64,000 bases of DNA from a virus. Its lineage: Duplodnaviria; Caudoviricetes. A program made the translations under genes and the position numbers. How positions within the stretch are numbered: position 1 is the first letter of the stretch; each line of letters begins with the position of its first letter. The notes under the pieces are model-generated. The model searched no databases. It was not told the DNA's origin and saw nothing but the letters and a program-made list of their open reading frames with translations. Below, one piece after another: positions 55,765 to 64,000 of the stretch. The stretch is taken from positions 1 to 64,000 of the IMG/VR virus record IMGVR_UViG_3300020576_002361, one strand, 5' to 3'.

Positions 55765-55792
55765 ATTATAGTACACCTTTGTTCAAAGTCAA
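55765..55792 (-). promoter_or_regulatory. Promoter TTGACT-N16-TATAAT
   Basis: Upstream of gp55. Confidence 0.75.
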
Positions 55793-55799
55793 GTCCTTC

Positions 55800-56125
55800 G
55801 CTGAGGCTTTGCGAAGCGATTTGCGAAGCAAACAATGAAATCCATTACGAATAGAATACCTCTACTAAAAACCACTTTAATAGTTCTCTCTGGATTTTAA
55901 AGAACCAGTCAACTTCACCTGTGCGACTCCGCAAAGCCTCCGTCACAAAGATCTCGTCGCTTCGCTCCTCGATCTTGGTTGTTTTGTTTTTCAAGAAAAT
56001 TAGGTTTTACAAAACCTGGGTTCTGGGTTACCTGGTTACTCAAGGTACTGTACCCTGGTTACTCAGTTCTTCCTAACTGGGTGATTATATGCTCGCTGGA
56101 TACAAAAGTCAAGGAAGAAATAGAA
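55800..56125. repeat. Non-coding region with direct and inverted repeats (origin-like or structured RNA)
   Basis: GAGGCTTTGCG (55803)/CGCAAAGCCTC (55930) inverted; TTTGCGAAGC x2; CCTGGTTACTCA at 56031 and 56054. Confidence 0.55.
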
Positions 56126-56131
56126 ATATTT

Positions 56132-56572
56132 TCAATCAATATTGAACCTTGGTTTGTGTTGCCAAGAATCTGGATTCTTCATATCTCTATCATATTCCTC
56201 GTCAGCGTCTAGCTTATGCGATGTCATTCCAGATTTTATATTAGATAGTGCCATCTTCTTGTTTATAGAGTCTTCTCTAGCCATGGCTTCTGTATACATG
56301 GCTAAGACATCGGAATCTGGGTCAGCAAAGGTTACTATCATTGATCTAGGAAGAAAATAGAACTCGTCAGATGAGTATTCTATCCAAGTTTTTAGCATTA
56401 TGGTTGTTTTCTTAACTTTCCATGCTTTATCGAATATAGTCTCTGTGCTGATTACCATAGGTCGTTGTAGTATGAATGAATTTTTGTCTCTTGATAATCC
56501 AGCTATTAGAGTCTCGCCTGTAGATATCCTGATAATTTTGTATTTCGCGGAAGATTGAGATTTATCGCTCAT
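56132..56572 (-). CDS. Conserved T4-like Sm-like protein
   Basis: KIIRISTGETLIA; usual position downstream of uvsW. Confidence 0.65.
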   Translation of the reverse strand: MSDKSQSSAKYKIIRISTGETLIAGLSRDKNSFILQRPMVISTETIFDKAWKVKKTTIMLKTWIEYSSDEFYFLPRSMIVTFADPDSDVLAMYTEAMAREDSINKKMALSNIKSGMTSHKLDADEEYDRDMKNPDSWQHKPRFNID

Positions 56573-56583
56573 ATAGAAATCCT

Positions 56584-58098
56584 TTATATTCTGATTGTAA
56601 ACATATCAAAGTCAAACTGCTCCTCATTGTAAATCTTCAATCTATCCATAAAATGCTTTAATGTATAGTTTACATGAGATTTGTGATGAAGATCGTCTGA
56701 AATATCATAGAGAGTTGCTATTTTCTTGTCATCTGCTTTTCTTAGCTGTCTACCGATGCTTTGTAACACTCTTATTCGACTTTTTGACGGAGAGGCAAAG
56801 ATAATATTATGCAGTTTCTTAATATTAATTCCGATGGAAAATACACCTACCGAAGCAACTATGATAGCATTGTCTTCTAGTTCCGTGAGAGTTCTAACTG
56901 ATTCTCTGACCTCGGCTTCGGTTTTACCGTGAACAAAGAAAACCTTTCTATCTTCAGGAACCTTAGACTTTATCAGCTCGTAAAGTACTTCTCCGTGCTT
57001 TTCTACGAACTGAAACAAAACCAACGTATTACCCTTTATTGTAGTAGCCAAGTCTGATATAAAGCTATTTCTCTTATCATGAAAAACTAAGTATTCTAGT
57101 TCTTCTTGATAAGATTTGCCCTTCATATTTAGGCAATCTTCTTCTTTGTGTTTTAGAGTAATACAGTTTATTTTTAGAGCAGAAAGAAGGTCTTTATCCA
57201 TCAACTCTTTGGTAGAAATAACCTTTTGTACTTTACCGGTTAAGCCTTCTATGACCAGTTTGTTGGTGAGCATACCGTCAAGCGTACCAGTTAAACCGAC
57301 TTTAATAGGACTGCGTGTGCATGACTCGAATATGGATGTAATTGACTTGCTTTTTGCGGAGTGAACTTCGTCGCATATAACTACAGAAAACTGATCAAAG
57401 TACTCTTTTGGTTGATTAATGGCTGATTGCCATGTAGTTATTACAACACTCTTATTTGTTGTTTTCTCTTGACCAGAGTATATACAATGACAGTTGTTAT
57501 CTGTACTCCATTTATTTAGAGCAGAGTATTCCTTGAAGTCGTTAAACATCTGTGTTACTAGAGATACGGTAGGAACTATAAGAAGAACTTTACCTTCTAG
57601 ATTATCCAGATAAAATCTTATTAGTCCATAGATAATAAGACTCTTGCCAGACCCAGTTGGGGAAAGCAACAAGCCTCTAGCGTTTTCTAGTATATACTTG
57701 ACTCCTTCTACTTGATGATCCATAGCAGTAAGAAGACTGCCTTTGTACGCAGGCTGAAGTTCTTTGAAGAAGGCTTGTATCTGTTCAGTAGTGAATACAA
57801 ATCTTGGAGTTTTCTTGAATAACTCTGGATCTAAACCTACTGTATAGTTTCTAGACTTAGCAAATTCCAATATATGAGAAAGCAACCCTTTGTATATTAG
57901 CTTAGTTCCAAGCGAAAACAGTCTTATTTTACCATCCCATATCTTTGCTTTTACTTTAGGATGAAAGCGGTGATTGGGTACGTAAAAAGTAAAAGCCTCG
58001 CTAAGTTCGACTAGTTTGCCGAAATCTTGCGAGGATATTTTTACGTAAACGTGATCGTGGTTATGTACTTCTAAGTCATTCATTTCAAGAGATACCAT
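56584..58098 (-). CDS. uvsW: UvsW SF2 helicase
   Basis: SPTGSGKS, LLIVPTVSLV, DEVH, GLTGT, QSIGR. Confidence 0.95.
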   Translation of the reverse strand: MVSLEMNDLEVHNHDHVYVKISSQDFGKLVELSEAFTFYVPNHRFHPKVKAKIWDGKIRLFSLGTKLIYKGLLSHILEFAKSRNYTVGLDPELFKKTPRFVFTTEQIQAFFKELQPAYKGSLLTAMDHQVEGVKYILENARGLLLSPTGSGKSLIIYGLIRFYLDNLEGKVLLIVPTVSLVTQMFNDFKEYSALNKWSTDNNCHCIYSGQEKTTNKSVVITTWQSAINQPKEYFDQFSVVICDEVHSAKSKSITSIFESCTRSPIKVGLTGTLDGMLTNKLVIEGLTGKVQKVISTKELMDKDLLSALKINCITLKHKEEDCLNMKGKSYQEELEYLVFHDKRNSFISDLATTIKGNTLVLFQFVEKHGEVLYELIKSKVPEDRKVFFVHGKTEAEVRESVRTLTELEDNAIIVASVGVFSIGINIKKLHNIIFASPSKSRIRVLQSIGRQLRKADDKKIATLYDISDDLHHKSHVNYTLKHFMDRLKIYNEEQFDFDMFTIRI

Positions 58099-58522
58099 TT
58101 GTAAATTTTCGCCAGTCGATTATAGATCTTATAACCCACTGCCTATTATTTATCTCTTTGATAACGCCTTCCAAATACTCCAATTTATATTTCTGAAGGT
58201 CTAGTTTTACCTTCAATTCTATTAACTGTTGATCGGCATTAATGTAAATATCAAGATCGCTCTTTAGTATCTTCAACGGAAAAGGATCTATGTTGAGTTT
58301 GGTTAAGACCTCTTCGTCGATTTTGCCGGTATAATATTCCCACTTAAACTTCAACATCTCGGCGTATTCTTTTTCCAGCTTCTTGTAAATATACTTCTCG
58401 TCTAAGAATATTCCAAGATATTTACCGTGAAGCTGTGGTATTCTAATGGCTTCGACATCTAGCTGTAAAGAATCCAGTTGTGTATCTTTGTCTACGAGTT
58501 CTTTCAATTTTTCAATATTCAT
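58085..58522 (-). CDS. uvsY: UvsY recombination mediator
   Basis: IPQLHGKYL, KWEYYTGK, YINAD, IDWRKF. Confidence 0.9.
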   Translation of the reverse strand: MNIEKLKELVDKDTQLDSLQLDVEAIRIPQLHGKYLGIFLDEKYIYKKLEKEYAEMLKFKWEYYTGKIDEEVLTKLNIDPFPLKILKSDLDIYINADQQLIELKVKLDLQKYKLEYLEGVIKEINNRQWVIRSIIDWRKFTNGIS

Positions 58523-58537
58523 TATATAATCCTAAAG

Positions 58538-59056
58538 TCATTGTTCTTTTATTTGATATGTAGTAAATGCTAGTTCCACGGTGGAAAGAAGAATGTTTGT
58601 TTCCGTAGCTGCTGAGTCGAACTCGACGTAAGATAGACTTACTGGAAAGCAGTTAGAAAACTCAACCTTGTGTGATATGTTATGCGTGTTGGTGAGAATA
58701 GTCAAGAGAACATCATCTGAAAAGTGCGTTTCTTGAGGTCTGTACTCTAAGTGGTCAGTATAGTTCGAACACTGTAAGATCCAGTTTCGGATCTCTTTCC
58801 AGTTTTCTAAGTTCTCGTCTACTATGAAAGATACCGAAAGGTTCTGGTGTTCTACTTCACCTGCGGGTCTCTTTATAGTATTGAATGGGGTTCTTTGATT
58901 AGCTACACCAATAGAAAGACCAGGTAACAACACACTTTGGCACATGTAGGTAGTGTTTGGTAATCTCTTTACCATCATCCTAAATCTAGTCGAAAACAAG
59001 TTATTCTTGTTTTGTGGTTGATTTTGATACAAACCAAAAGCCAGATCTTCGTTCAT
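58538..59056 (-). CDS. 3: gp3-like tail completion / tail-tube-fold protein
   Basis: NLFSTRFRM..KRLP...CQSV.LPG, FIVDENLENWKEI.NW, F.NCFP.SLS..FD. Confidence 0.75.
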   Translation of the reverse strand: MNEDLAFGLYQNQPQNKNNLFSTRFRMMVKRLPNTTYMCQSVLLPGLSIGVANQRTPFNTIKRPAGEVEHQNLSVSFIVDENLENWKEIRNWILQCSNYTDHLEYRPQETHFSDDVLLTILTNTHNISHKVEFSNCFPVSLSYVEFDSAATETNILLSTVELAFTTYQIKEQ

Positions 59057-59060
59057 TTGC

Positions 59061-59225
59061 TTACCTTCTTATTTTAGCACATGCGTATATTTTAGAAATA
59101 TCGATGGAGTTTTTCCATGACATATCTGGAATATTTCGAATATGCTTGCTTGAAGTTTTGATCAAAAAAGCCCACAGTGGTACCATAACGTACCATCTAT
59201 TTTTCCATATTTTAGTTAGTAACAT
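59061..59225 (-). CDS. Small hypothetical protein (54 aa, MLLTKIWKNRW...)
   Basis: Follows late promoter 59233-59240; not in ORF track. Confidence 0.35.
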   Translation of the reverse strand: MLLTKIWKNRWYVMVPLWAFLIKTSSKHIRNIPDMSWKNSIDISKIYACAKIRR

Positions 59226-59232
59226 ACTATTG

Positions 59233-59240
59233 TATTTATA
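59233..59240 (-). promoter_or_regulatory. Late promoter TATAAATA
   Basis: Exact consensus upstream of the gp3-like gene. Confidence 0.65.
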
Positions 59241-59522
59241 TCAAGCGTTATAGATATTGGGTGCTGCTGTCTTGTTCTTGGTTGGCTGCTGAGGTGTGTT
59301 GCCGGTTGGTCCAGTTAAAGAGAGCAACAGACATTGAGCAACTAACTGCGCACGGTTGATATCTTGACCTATTGGGGTTTGTAAAATTAAGTAAGTTATT
59401 GCGTCTTTGAAGCTTATCAAAGACGAAAGATTATACATTTGTTGCGATGTAGTACCATAATTTTGAATAATCAATGCGGTCGGATTACTAAACTCTTGGT
59501 TACCTACATATAGTTGATACAT
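59241..59522 (-). CDS. Hypothetical protein (93 aa)
   Basis: SD AAGGA and late promoter upstream. Confidence 0.6.
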   Translation of the reverse strand: MYQLYVGNQEFSNPTALIIQNYGTTSQQMYNLSSLISFKDAITYLILQTPIGQDINRAQLVAQCLLLSLTGPTGNTPQQPTKNKTAAPNIYNA

Positions 59523-59539
59523 GTATAATCCTTTTTATA

Positions 59540-59547
59540 TATTTATA
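59540..59547 (-). promoter_or_regulatory. Late promoter TATAAATA
   Basis: Exact consensus. Confidence 0.65.
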
Positions 59548-59550
59548 AAA

Positions 59551-60117
59551 TCAAATATTTAAGTTGGATTTTACAATGTTCAATAACGACGGCATATCAA
59601 AGGATGTGACTTCTATATAAGGGAATTCCAAATTTTTTAGGGTGAGTCTAGCCATTGTATCAAGATTTATTGCTTCATCCAGTGATTGAAATCGACCTTT
59701 TCCGTTATATGGCTTATCGTGATCTCTTACCAGCATGACATGAAGAGCTGGATACTTGGCTTCGAAGGCTAGAGCTGCTTGCTTTAGCTCAGACCTACAA
59801 TCCAAGTTATAAGCTACCGTGTACATATAAGAAAGCGGTAGTGGAGAATCTGTTATGATTACATCTACTCCATTCTTTAAGCATACTTCTTCTGATCTCA
59901 TTTGCTTAGAAAAGATATAAAACTGATCGAATCCAGTTATTTTTCTTCCTTCCCAAGCCCATGTTTTAACGTATTCTCTAACTAGCTCGTATTGCTTTAC
60001 GTGGTTGTTGCTATTACTATGCATTTTCATTTCATAGTATAGCCCGGCTGCCATAGTAGACTTACCAGTACCAGGACCGCCGTATAAGTTTATTCTTCTA
60101 ATCGTCATATCGTGCAT
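59551..60117 (-). CDS. P-loop kinase (AAA_28/NadR-like)
   Basis: INLYGGPGTGKST, EYVK, IITDSP, GRFQ. Confidence 0.8.
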   Translation of the reverse strand: MHDMTIRRINLYGGPGTGKSTMAAGLYYEMKMHSNSNNHVKQYELVREYVKTWAWEGRKITGFDQFYIFSKQMRSEEVCLKNGVDVIITDSPLPLSYMYTVAYNLDCRSELKQAALAFEAKYPALHVMLVRDHDKPYNGKGRFQSLDEAINLDTMARLTLKNLEFPYIEVTSFDMPSLLNIVKSNLNI

Positions 60118-60592
60118 CCCTATGATGTAAAATTGTTATACCATTAAGATGGTCTATTTCGTGTTGTAAACAAATGGATTCCAGTCCATCTAACTCAAAG
60201 AACTCTTCTATATTAGAAATAGGTGTGTGCGAGAAGGTGGACTTATTCCATCTTCTGACACAAACATATTTATTTGGAATAGACAGACAACCCTCTTCCG
60301 TAACAATAGTATTCCCCTCTTCTGCGCTGGCTCCTATCCACTTAGGATTGATATAAGATTTTATATTACCATTGCATTTAGTAATAGCAACTCTGAGATC
60401 AACGCCTATTTGGTTAGCGGCTAACCCAATACCGCCTTCGGCTATCATGACTTCAGTCATTCTTTCTATAAGTTCATTTACCGTATCTATCATAACCAGA
60501 TCATCCATATTTACCCAGTTGCACGGTCGAAGTAATGTATGATGAGGATATGTTACTAGATTATGCCCGCTAAATTGATTCTTCTTTTTCAT
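60098..60592 (-). CDS. def: Peptide deformylase
   Basis: GIGLAANQIG, EGCLS, QHEIDHLNG. Confidence 0.95.
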   Translation of the reverse strand: MKKKNQFSGHNLVTYPHHTLLRPCNWVNMDDLVMIDTVNELIERMTEVMIAEGGIGLAANQIGVDLRVAITKCNGNIKSYINPKWIGASAEEGNTIVTEEGCLSIPNKYVCVRRWNKSTFSHTPISNIEEFFELDGLESICLQHEIDHLNGITILHHRDARYDD

Positions 60593-60944
60593 ATGCTTTT
60601 TTTATTTTCCAAAGAACTTCGGCTTGACAGAGATGCCCTGGTTGACCAAACATATCAGATAGACCAGATTTGGATAGCAAAATGGGCACAAGATTTTGTT
60701 CATGTACCCACTCCCACCACCATTTATGGTATTGTTCTTTACATTCTTTTATATTGATTGGGGTTTTGCCCTTGGCTTCTTTCCAGCTTAACCCCGTGGA
60801 GCCATCTGGAAAGATTTTCATAGCCTGGTACGCTTCTTCGATGGATCTTCCACCAAGAGATTTTGGTCTAGCGTAGAAAGCAGAAAATCGCTTATCCCCT
60901 CTAGACGAACACTCGTAATACGGTTCGTGCCCATATTTTAGCAT
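60570..60944 (-). CDS. Conserved hypothetical phage protein
   Basis: YECSSRGDKRFSAFYA...SIEEAYQAMK. Confidence 0.65.
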   Translation of the reverse strand: MLKYGHEPYYECSSRGDKRFSAFYARPKSLGGRSIEEAYQAMKIFPDGSTGLSWKEAKGKTPINIKECKEQYHKWWWEWVHEQNLVPILLSKSGLSDMFGQPGHLCQAEVLWKIKKAYEKEESI

Positions 60945-60949
60945 ATGTT

Positions 60950-60977
60950 ATTGTAGATCAATGGAAAGAAAAGTCAA
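60950..60977 (-). promoter_or_regulatory. Promoter TTGACT-N16-TACAAT
   Basis: Directly upstream of the 60944 gene. Confidence 0.65.
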
Positions 60978-61093
60978 GTAGATTTAGTTTTAACTTTCTT
61001 TTTCTTTCCAAATATACGTTCGTAATTTTGATCGTATTTGACTTTATCCACTGGTCTAGGAGAATCTCCTTTGCCGGCACCTTCGGACTTCAT
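60974..61093 (-). CDS. Small conserved phage protein (39 aa, MKSEGAGKGDSPRPVDK...YERIFGK)
   Basis: SD GAAGGA; GKG-PRP...RIF motif; not in ORF track. Confidence 0.65.
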   Translation of the reverse strand: MKSEGAGKGDSPRPVDKVKYDQNYERIFGKKKKVKTKST

Positions 61094-61105
61094 TTCAAGA
61101 TTCCT

Positions 61106-61501
61106 TCAATTATGGCTATTCCATGTTTCTCTTAACCGACTATGATCGACTGGATATAGTTCTTTGCCATTATATCCGTGGTATCTGCCGTCTTCTATGT
61201 CACAAATATACTCTTCGTCGTGACCACCGCAGTCGTTTACTACTCTTAGATCGTCAAGAGGACAATCTCCGATGAATTTTAGTAGCTTTTGGGCTATTTC
61301 TTCTGCGTATTCTTTGTCAAATCCGTCTTTACCCTCAGAACTTACAAAGTAGGTATTATCATCGCGGTGCAAATCTAAGATATATTTACCTAAAGTTGTT
61401 GGTTTCAGACATTGAGCAAAGTCAAAGTTGGACCAGAACCCCTTACCTAGTTCAAACAATTTCTTTTTCTTAGGATGATACACATAATATTCGATACCCA
61501 T
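61106..61501 (-). CDS. Hypothetical protein (131 aa)
   Basis: SD AAGGA. Confidence 0.65.
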   Translation of the reverse strand: MGIEYYVYHPKKKKLFELGKGFWSNFDFAQCLKPTTLGKYILDLHRDDNTYFVSSEGKDGFDKEYAEEIAQKLLKFIGDCPLDDLRVVNDCGGHDEEYICDIEDGRYHGYNGKELYPVDHSRLRETWNSHN

Positions 61502-61516
61502 AATATTTCCTTATAC

Positions 61517-62251
61517 TTATTTCTTATTTCTCATTATTCGCAACTCGTCATTTACGTCTTTTTGATTTTGCGGAACATTATCCACTTGCTTTGATCGAGT
61601 TATCTTTGGATATTTAGTCTTCATCATGTCATGTCCTAACAACCCAGCTGCTCCTATACCAGCCGCAGCTACTATGGCTTTACCTGTTTTTAGGGCTTCG
61701 CGGGACTCTCCAATTTCTTGTCGTCTTTTTAGAACTTTATTGTCTCTGTGCCATTGGGCTATATCACTGTCTCTATGTATGAGAGCTTTTCTACGAAGAT
61801 TATGAAGAGCTGCGTCCATTTTCTTCACCCGTACCTGGGGTTGACGGCTATCTCTAGTCTTCATTTTTTTAGACGTGGGTATATGAGAAGGAAGATCGGA
61901 ATTGGGAACATGTTTCAAGTAAGCCGCACCATCTTCAAACGAATCTCTGTCTGGTTCTCCGTATTCTTTCTTATATAGTGTATATGATCTAGAAAGATGC
62001 TTTCTTCTTAGTTTATCTGCATGATCTAGGGCAGATTTGTGTTGCCATGCTCTAGTTTTAAGAGTAGTATTTTCTTTTATGTTATTCTTTGCGTTTTTTC
62101 TCAACAAAGACATACTACTCTTGTAAATCATTCTATGACCTATGTCATTGGTCCATCTTGAAGGACCACCTTTTCCTGCTGCCATTCTTTTTCGATTTAG
62201 AGATTTTAGCCCACCAGAACCTTCGAAAATGAACTGAATGAATGTTAACAT
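61517..62251 (-). CDS. Basic hypothetical protein, possible internal head protein
   Basis: MLTFIQFIFE leader; K/R-rich; CATAAATA late-like motif upstream. Confidence 0.6.
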   Translation of the reverse strand: MLTFIQFIFEGSGGLKSLNRKRMAAGKGGPSRWTNDIGHRMIYKSSMSLLRKNAKNNIKENTTLKTRAWQHKSALDHADKLRRKHLSRSYTLYKKEYGEPDRDSFEDGAAYLKHVPNSDLPSHIPTSKKMKTRDSRQPQVRVKKMDAALHNLRRKALIHRDSDIAQWHRDNKVLKRRQEIGESREALKTGKAIVAAAGIGAAGLLGHDMMKTKYPKITRSKQVDNVPQNQKDVNDELRIMRNKK

Positions 62252-62275
62252 GAAATCTCCTGATTATTATAGTAT

Positions 62276-63799
62276 TTATGCGGTGTAGGATTTCACGAAT
62301 ACCTTATTTCCGCAATCATAAATCTTGGAATATCCAAGAGATTCTGCCATCTGAAACTCTGTCTGTGTGTCTGAAAATCCATAGGTTTCTATCATCTTTT
62401 TCTTAGTTAGGCTTTGCCGGTTGAATCTTTTTCCATTTTTTACGTAATAATAAGATGGATTGCTAGTGTGTGAGTATTCAAACCCAAGAGATTCGTACAT
62501 TTTACCTGATCCATAGCGAAGATTACAATAAGAAATGAGATTCGTTGGATTATGTGTCTTCTCGAAGTGAGTCAACAACTTGGATCCACCACCTACAACA
62601 GAACCATCCGTAGCATAACGTAGTAACTCATATTCGTATTTTTTATTATAACGGGGAGTGCCAAAGGACATGATAGCAATTAGGGTTCCTTTGAATTCCA
62701 ACCCAATACAGACTTTAGATGCTACGTATCCCTGTATATGATGCTTGTTTAAGAATTCCCGCTCAGCCTCGACACTAACGGTTACTATTTCGCACTTTCT
62801 GGCGTAAACAGGGAAAGATTGAAGTAAATGATGTTGTATTTTACCCTTGATTATTTCTGGATTATTATTCCATTCATCCTCGAAGACAGTAATAAGAGTG
62901 ATATCCTTCTTTTCGCATTCTAGATATTTGTTCTGATGGTATTTTGTATCTTTTATAAACTCATCTGAATGCCAATACAACCCACAAAATTCTATGGCTA
63001 AATTGTGTTCTGGTATGTAAATATCTAGTTCCTTGGGTGATATGATGGATCGGTTAGATTGTTCAATTTGCCCCTGGTATACAGATTGAATATACTTCAA
63101 AATTTCGTTTTCTAAACTAGATATTTGAGTTTTTATTATTTCTATATTATGTCTATGCATAGCATCAGATATTGTTTTTGTAGATCCAGATAGTCCAAGT
63201 TCTTTTGATATTTGAGTCAATGACTTTTGGTGTGTGTGGTGCTGATCTATTAGCCACTCTTTGTTGCTTAATTTTTCAACAGATCCTGGTGGCATCTGTA
63301 ATTGTGAGTTGCACGGAACACCATACTTGTCTATATTTTGTTGACGTATTTTATCTTTAAATTCCTGTGTTTTGAACACGCAAGAAACTCCATATTTTTC
63401 TATATTGGAATTTAATATTTTGTTTTTGATGTCTTCTGATGCTATATGGTATTCGTTACCGTATTTCGCCAGGTTAGTTTCCTTTGTTTTTGCTTGCCCT
63501 TCTACCGAATTTGCAGCCACAGAACACCCATATTTTTCTATATTGGTTTGTGTTCGTTTCGTAGTCATTTTTTCGTAATTACCTGTAATCTTATTACTTT
63601 CTACTGATTTCTTTACCTTACAGTTTTTACAGGCGTCTTTATTCACTACCTGTTTATTTGACGTATTGTATTTGTAATATGACATTGTATAATCTGTGTT
63701 ACAATAATCACACGTAACTGCTACCTTCTTGTGGGATCCGTTAGATAACTCAGAGGGAAGGTAACCGTAATCTGTTTTTGTTTTTTCGTTGTTTATCAT
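62276..63799 (-). CDS. Hef-like PD-(D/E)xK homing endonuclease with repeated T..EKYG modules
   Basis: ELDIYIPEHNLAIEFCGLYWHS, TNIEKYG/TNLAKYG/SNIEKYG/QNIDKYG repeats, KIYDCG. Confidence 0.8.
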   Translation of the reverse strand: MINNEKTKTDYGYLPSELSNGSHKKVAVTCDYCNTDYTMSYYKYNTSNKQVVNKDACKNCKVKKSVESNKITGNYEKMTTKRTQTNIEKYGCSVAANSVEGQAKTKETNLAKYGNEYHIASEDIKNKILNSNIEKYGVSCVFKTQEFKDKIRQQNIDKYGVPCNSQLQMPPGSVEKLSNKEWLIDQHHTHQKSLTQISKELGLSGSTKTISDAMHRHNIEIIKTQISSLENEILKYIQSVYQGQIEQSNRSIISPKELDIYIPEHNLAIEFCGLYWHSDEFIKDTKYHQNKYLECEKKDITLITVFEDEWNNNPEIIKGKIQHHLLQSFPVYARKCEIVTVSVEAEREFLNKHHIQGYVASKVCIGLEFKGTLIAIMSFGTPRYNKKYEYELLRYATDGSVVGGGSKLLTHFEKTHNPTNLISYCNLRYGSGKMYESLGFEYSHTSNPSYYYVKNGKRFNRQSLTKKKMIETYGFSDTQTEFQMAESLGYSKIYDCGNKVFVKSYTA

Positions 63800-63842
63800 G
63801 AGTGTATTCTATGCTATCTATTACTAATGAATCAAGCACCTC

Positions 63843-63850
63843 TATTTATA
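63843..63850 (-). promoter_or_regulatory. Late promoter TATAAATA for the homing endonuclease
   Basis: Exact consensus directly after the gp23 hairpin. Confidence 0.65.
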
Positions 63851-63851
63851 G

Positions 63852-63879
63852 AAGAAGGGAGACATAAGCCTCCCTTCTT
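63852..63879 (-). terminator. Hairpin/terminator after gp23
   Basis: 10-bp stem AAGAAGGGAG/CTCCCTTCTT. Confidence 0.7.
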
Positions 63880-63917
63880 TGTTACTTTTGTATTGCTCTA
63901 ACGATTAGCAGCAAGTC

Positions 63918-64000
63918 TTAGAAGAGGTTCGAAATTAGCACTTTCCGATAATATTGGTTTCTACCAGATCCAAGCCTCATCGCGTCTGGGTTACCGTCGG
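63918..64000 (-). CDS. 23: Major capsid protein gp23, C-terminal fragment
   Basis: ...DGNPDAMRLGSGRNQYYRKVLISNLF* matches the T4-like gp23 NxYYRxVxVxNL end; followed by a hairpin. Confidence 0.75.
   Translation of the reverse strand, partial: DGNPDAMRLGSGRNQYYRKVLISNLF

Noticed and set aside
1-64000. Genome-wide TAG reassignment (genetic code 15)
   Set aside because: Long conserved genes (gp41, uvsX, uvsW, gp47, gp55) contain no internal TAG. By my reading about seven genes end at TAG (2890, 9243, 9487, 12155, 14569, 60098, 60570). Only two clear internal ambers were found, which fits targeted suppression better.

Overview
This is a 64-kb segment of a large, AT-rich T4-like (myovirus-type) phage genome. 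It carries T4 core genes: the 3' end of major capsid gp23, gp3-like tail completion, uvsY, uvsW, late sigma gp55, gp47, gp46, uvsX and gp41 helicase. Accessory content includes about 20 canonical tRNAs plus several atypical tRNA-like or structured RNAs, a 16-kb sugar/heptose-biosynthesis, glycosyltransferase and methyltransferase island between uvsX and gp41, three DNA methyltransferases, HNH and Hef-like endonucleases, a peptide deformylase and many small hypotheticals. There are three main observations. (1) An amber-suppressor tRNA (anticodon CUA, 2969-3039) lies just upstream of a peptidyl-tRNA hydrolase-like gene whose third codon is an in-frame TAG, and a second in-frame TAG lies inside a GT4 glycosyltransferase. 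This looks like a targeted readthrough circuit rather than genome-wide recoding. (2) gp46 is split into two genes by an atypically split intein (32-aa N-part, 122-aa C-part). (3) One tRNA-like gene has a 37-nt anticodon loop. Family assignments come from manual motif recognition; no database searches or folding programs were run.
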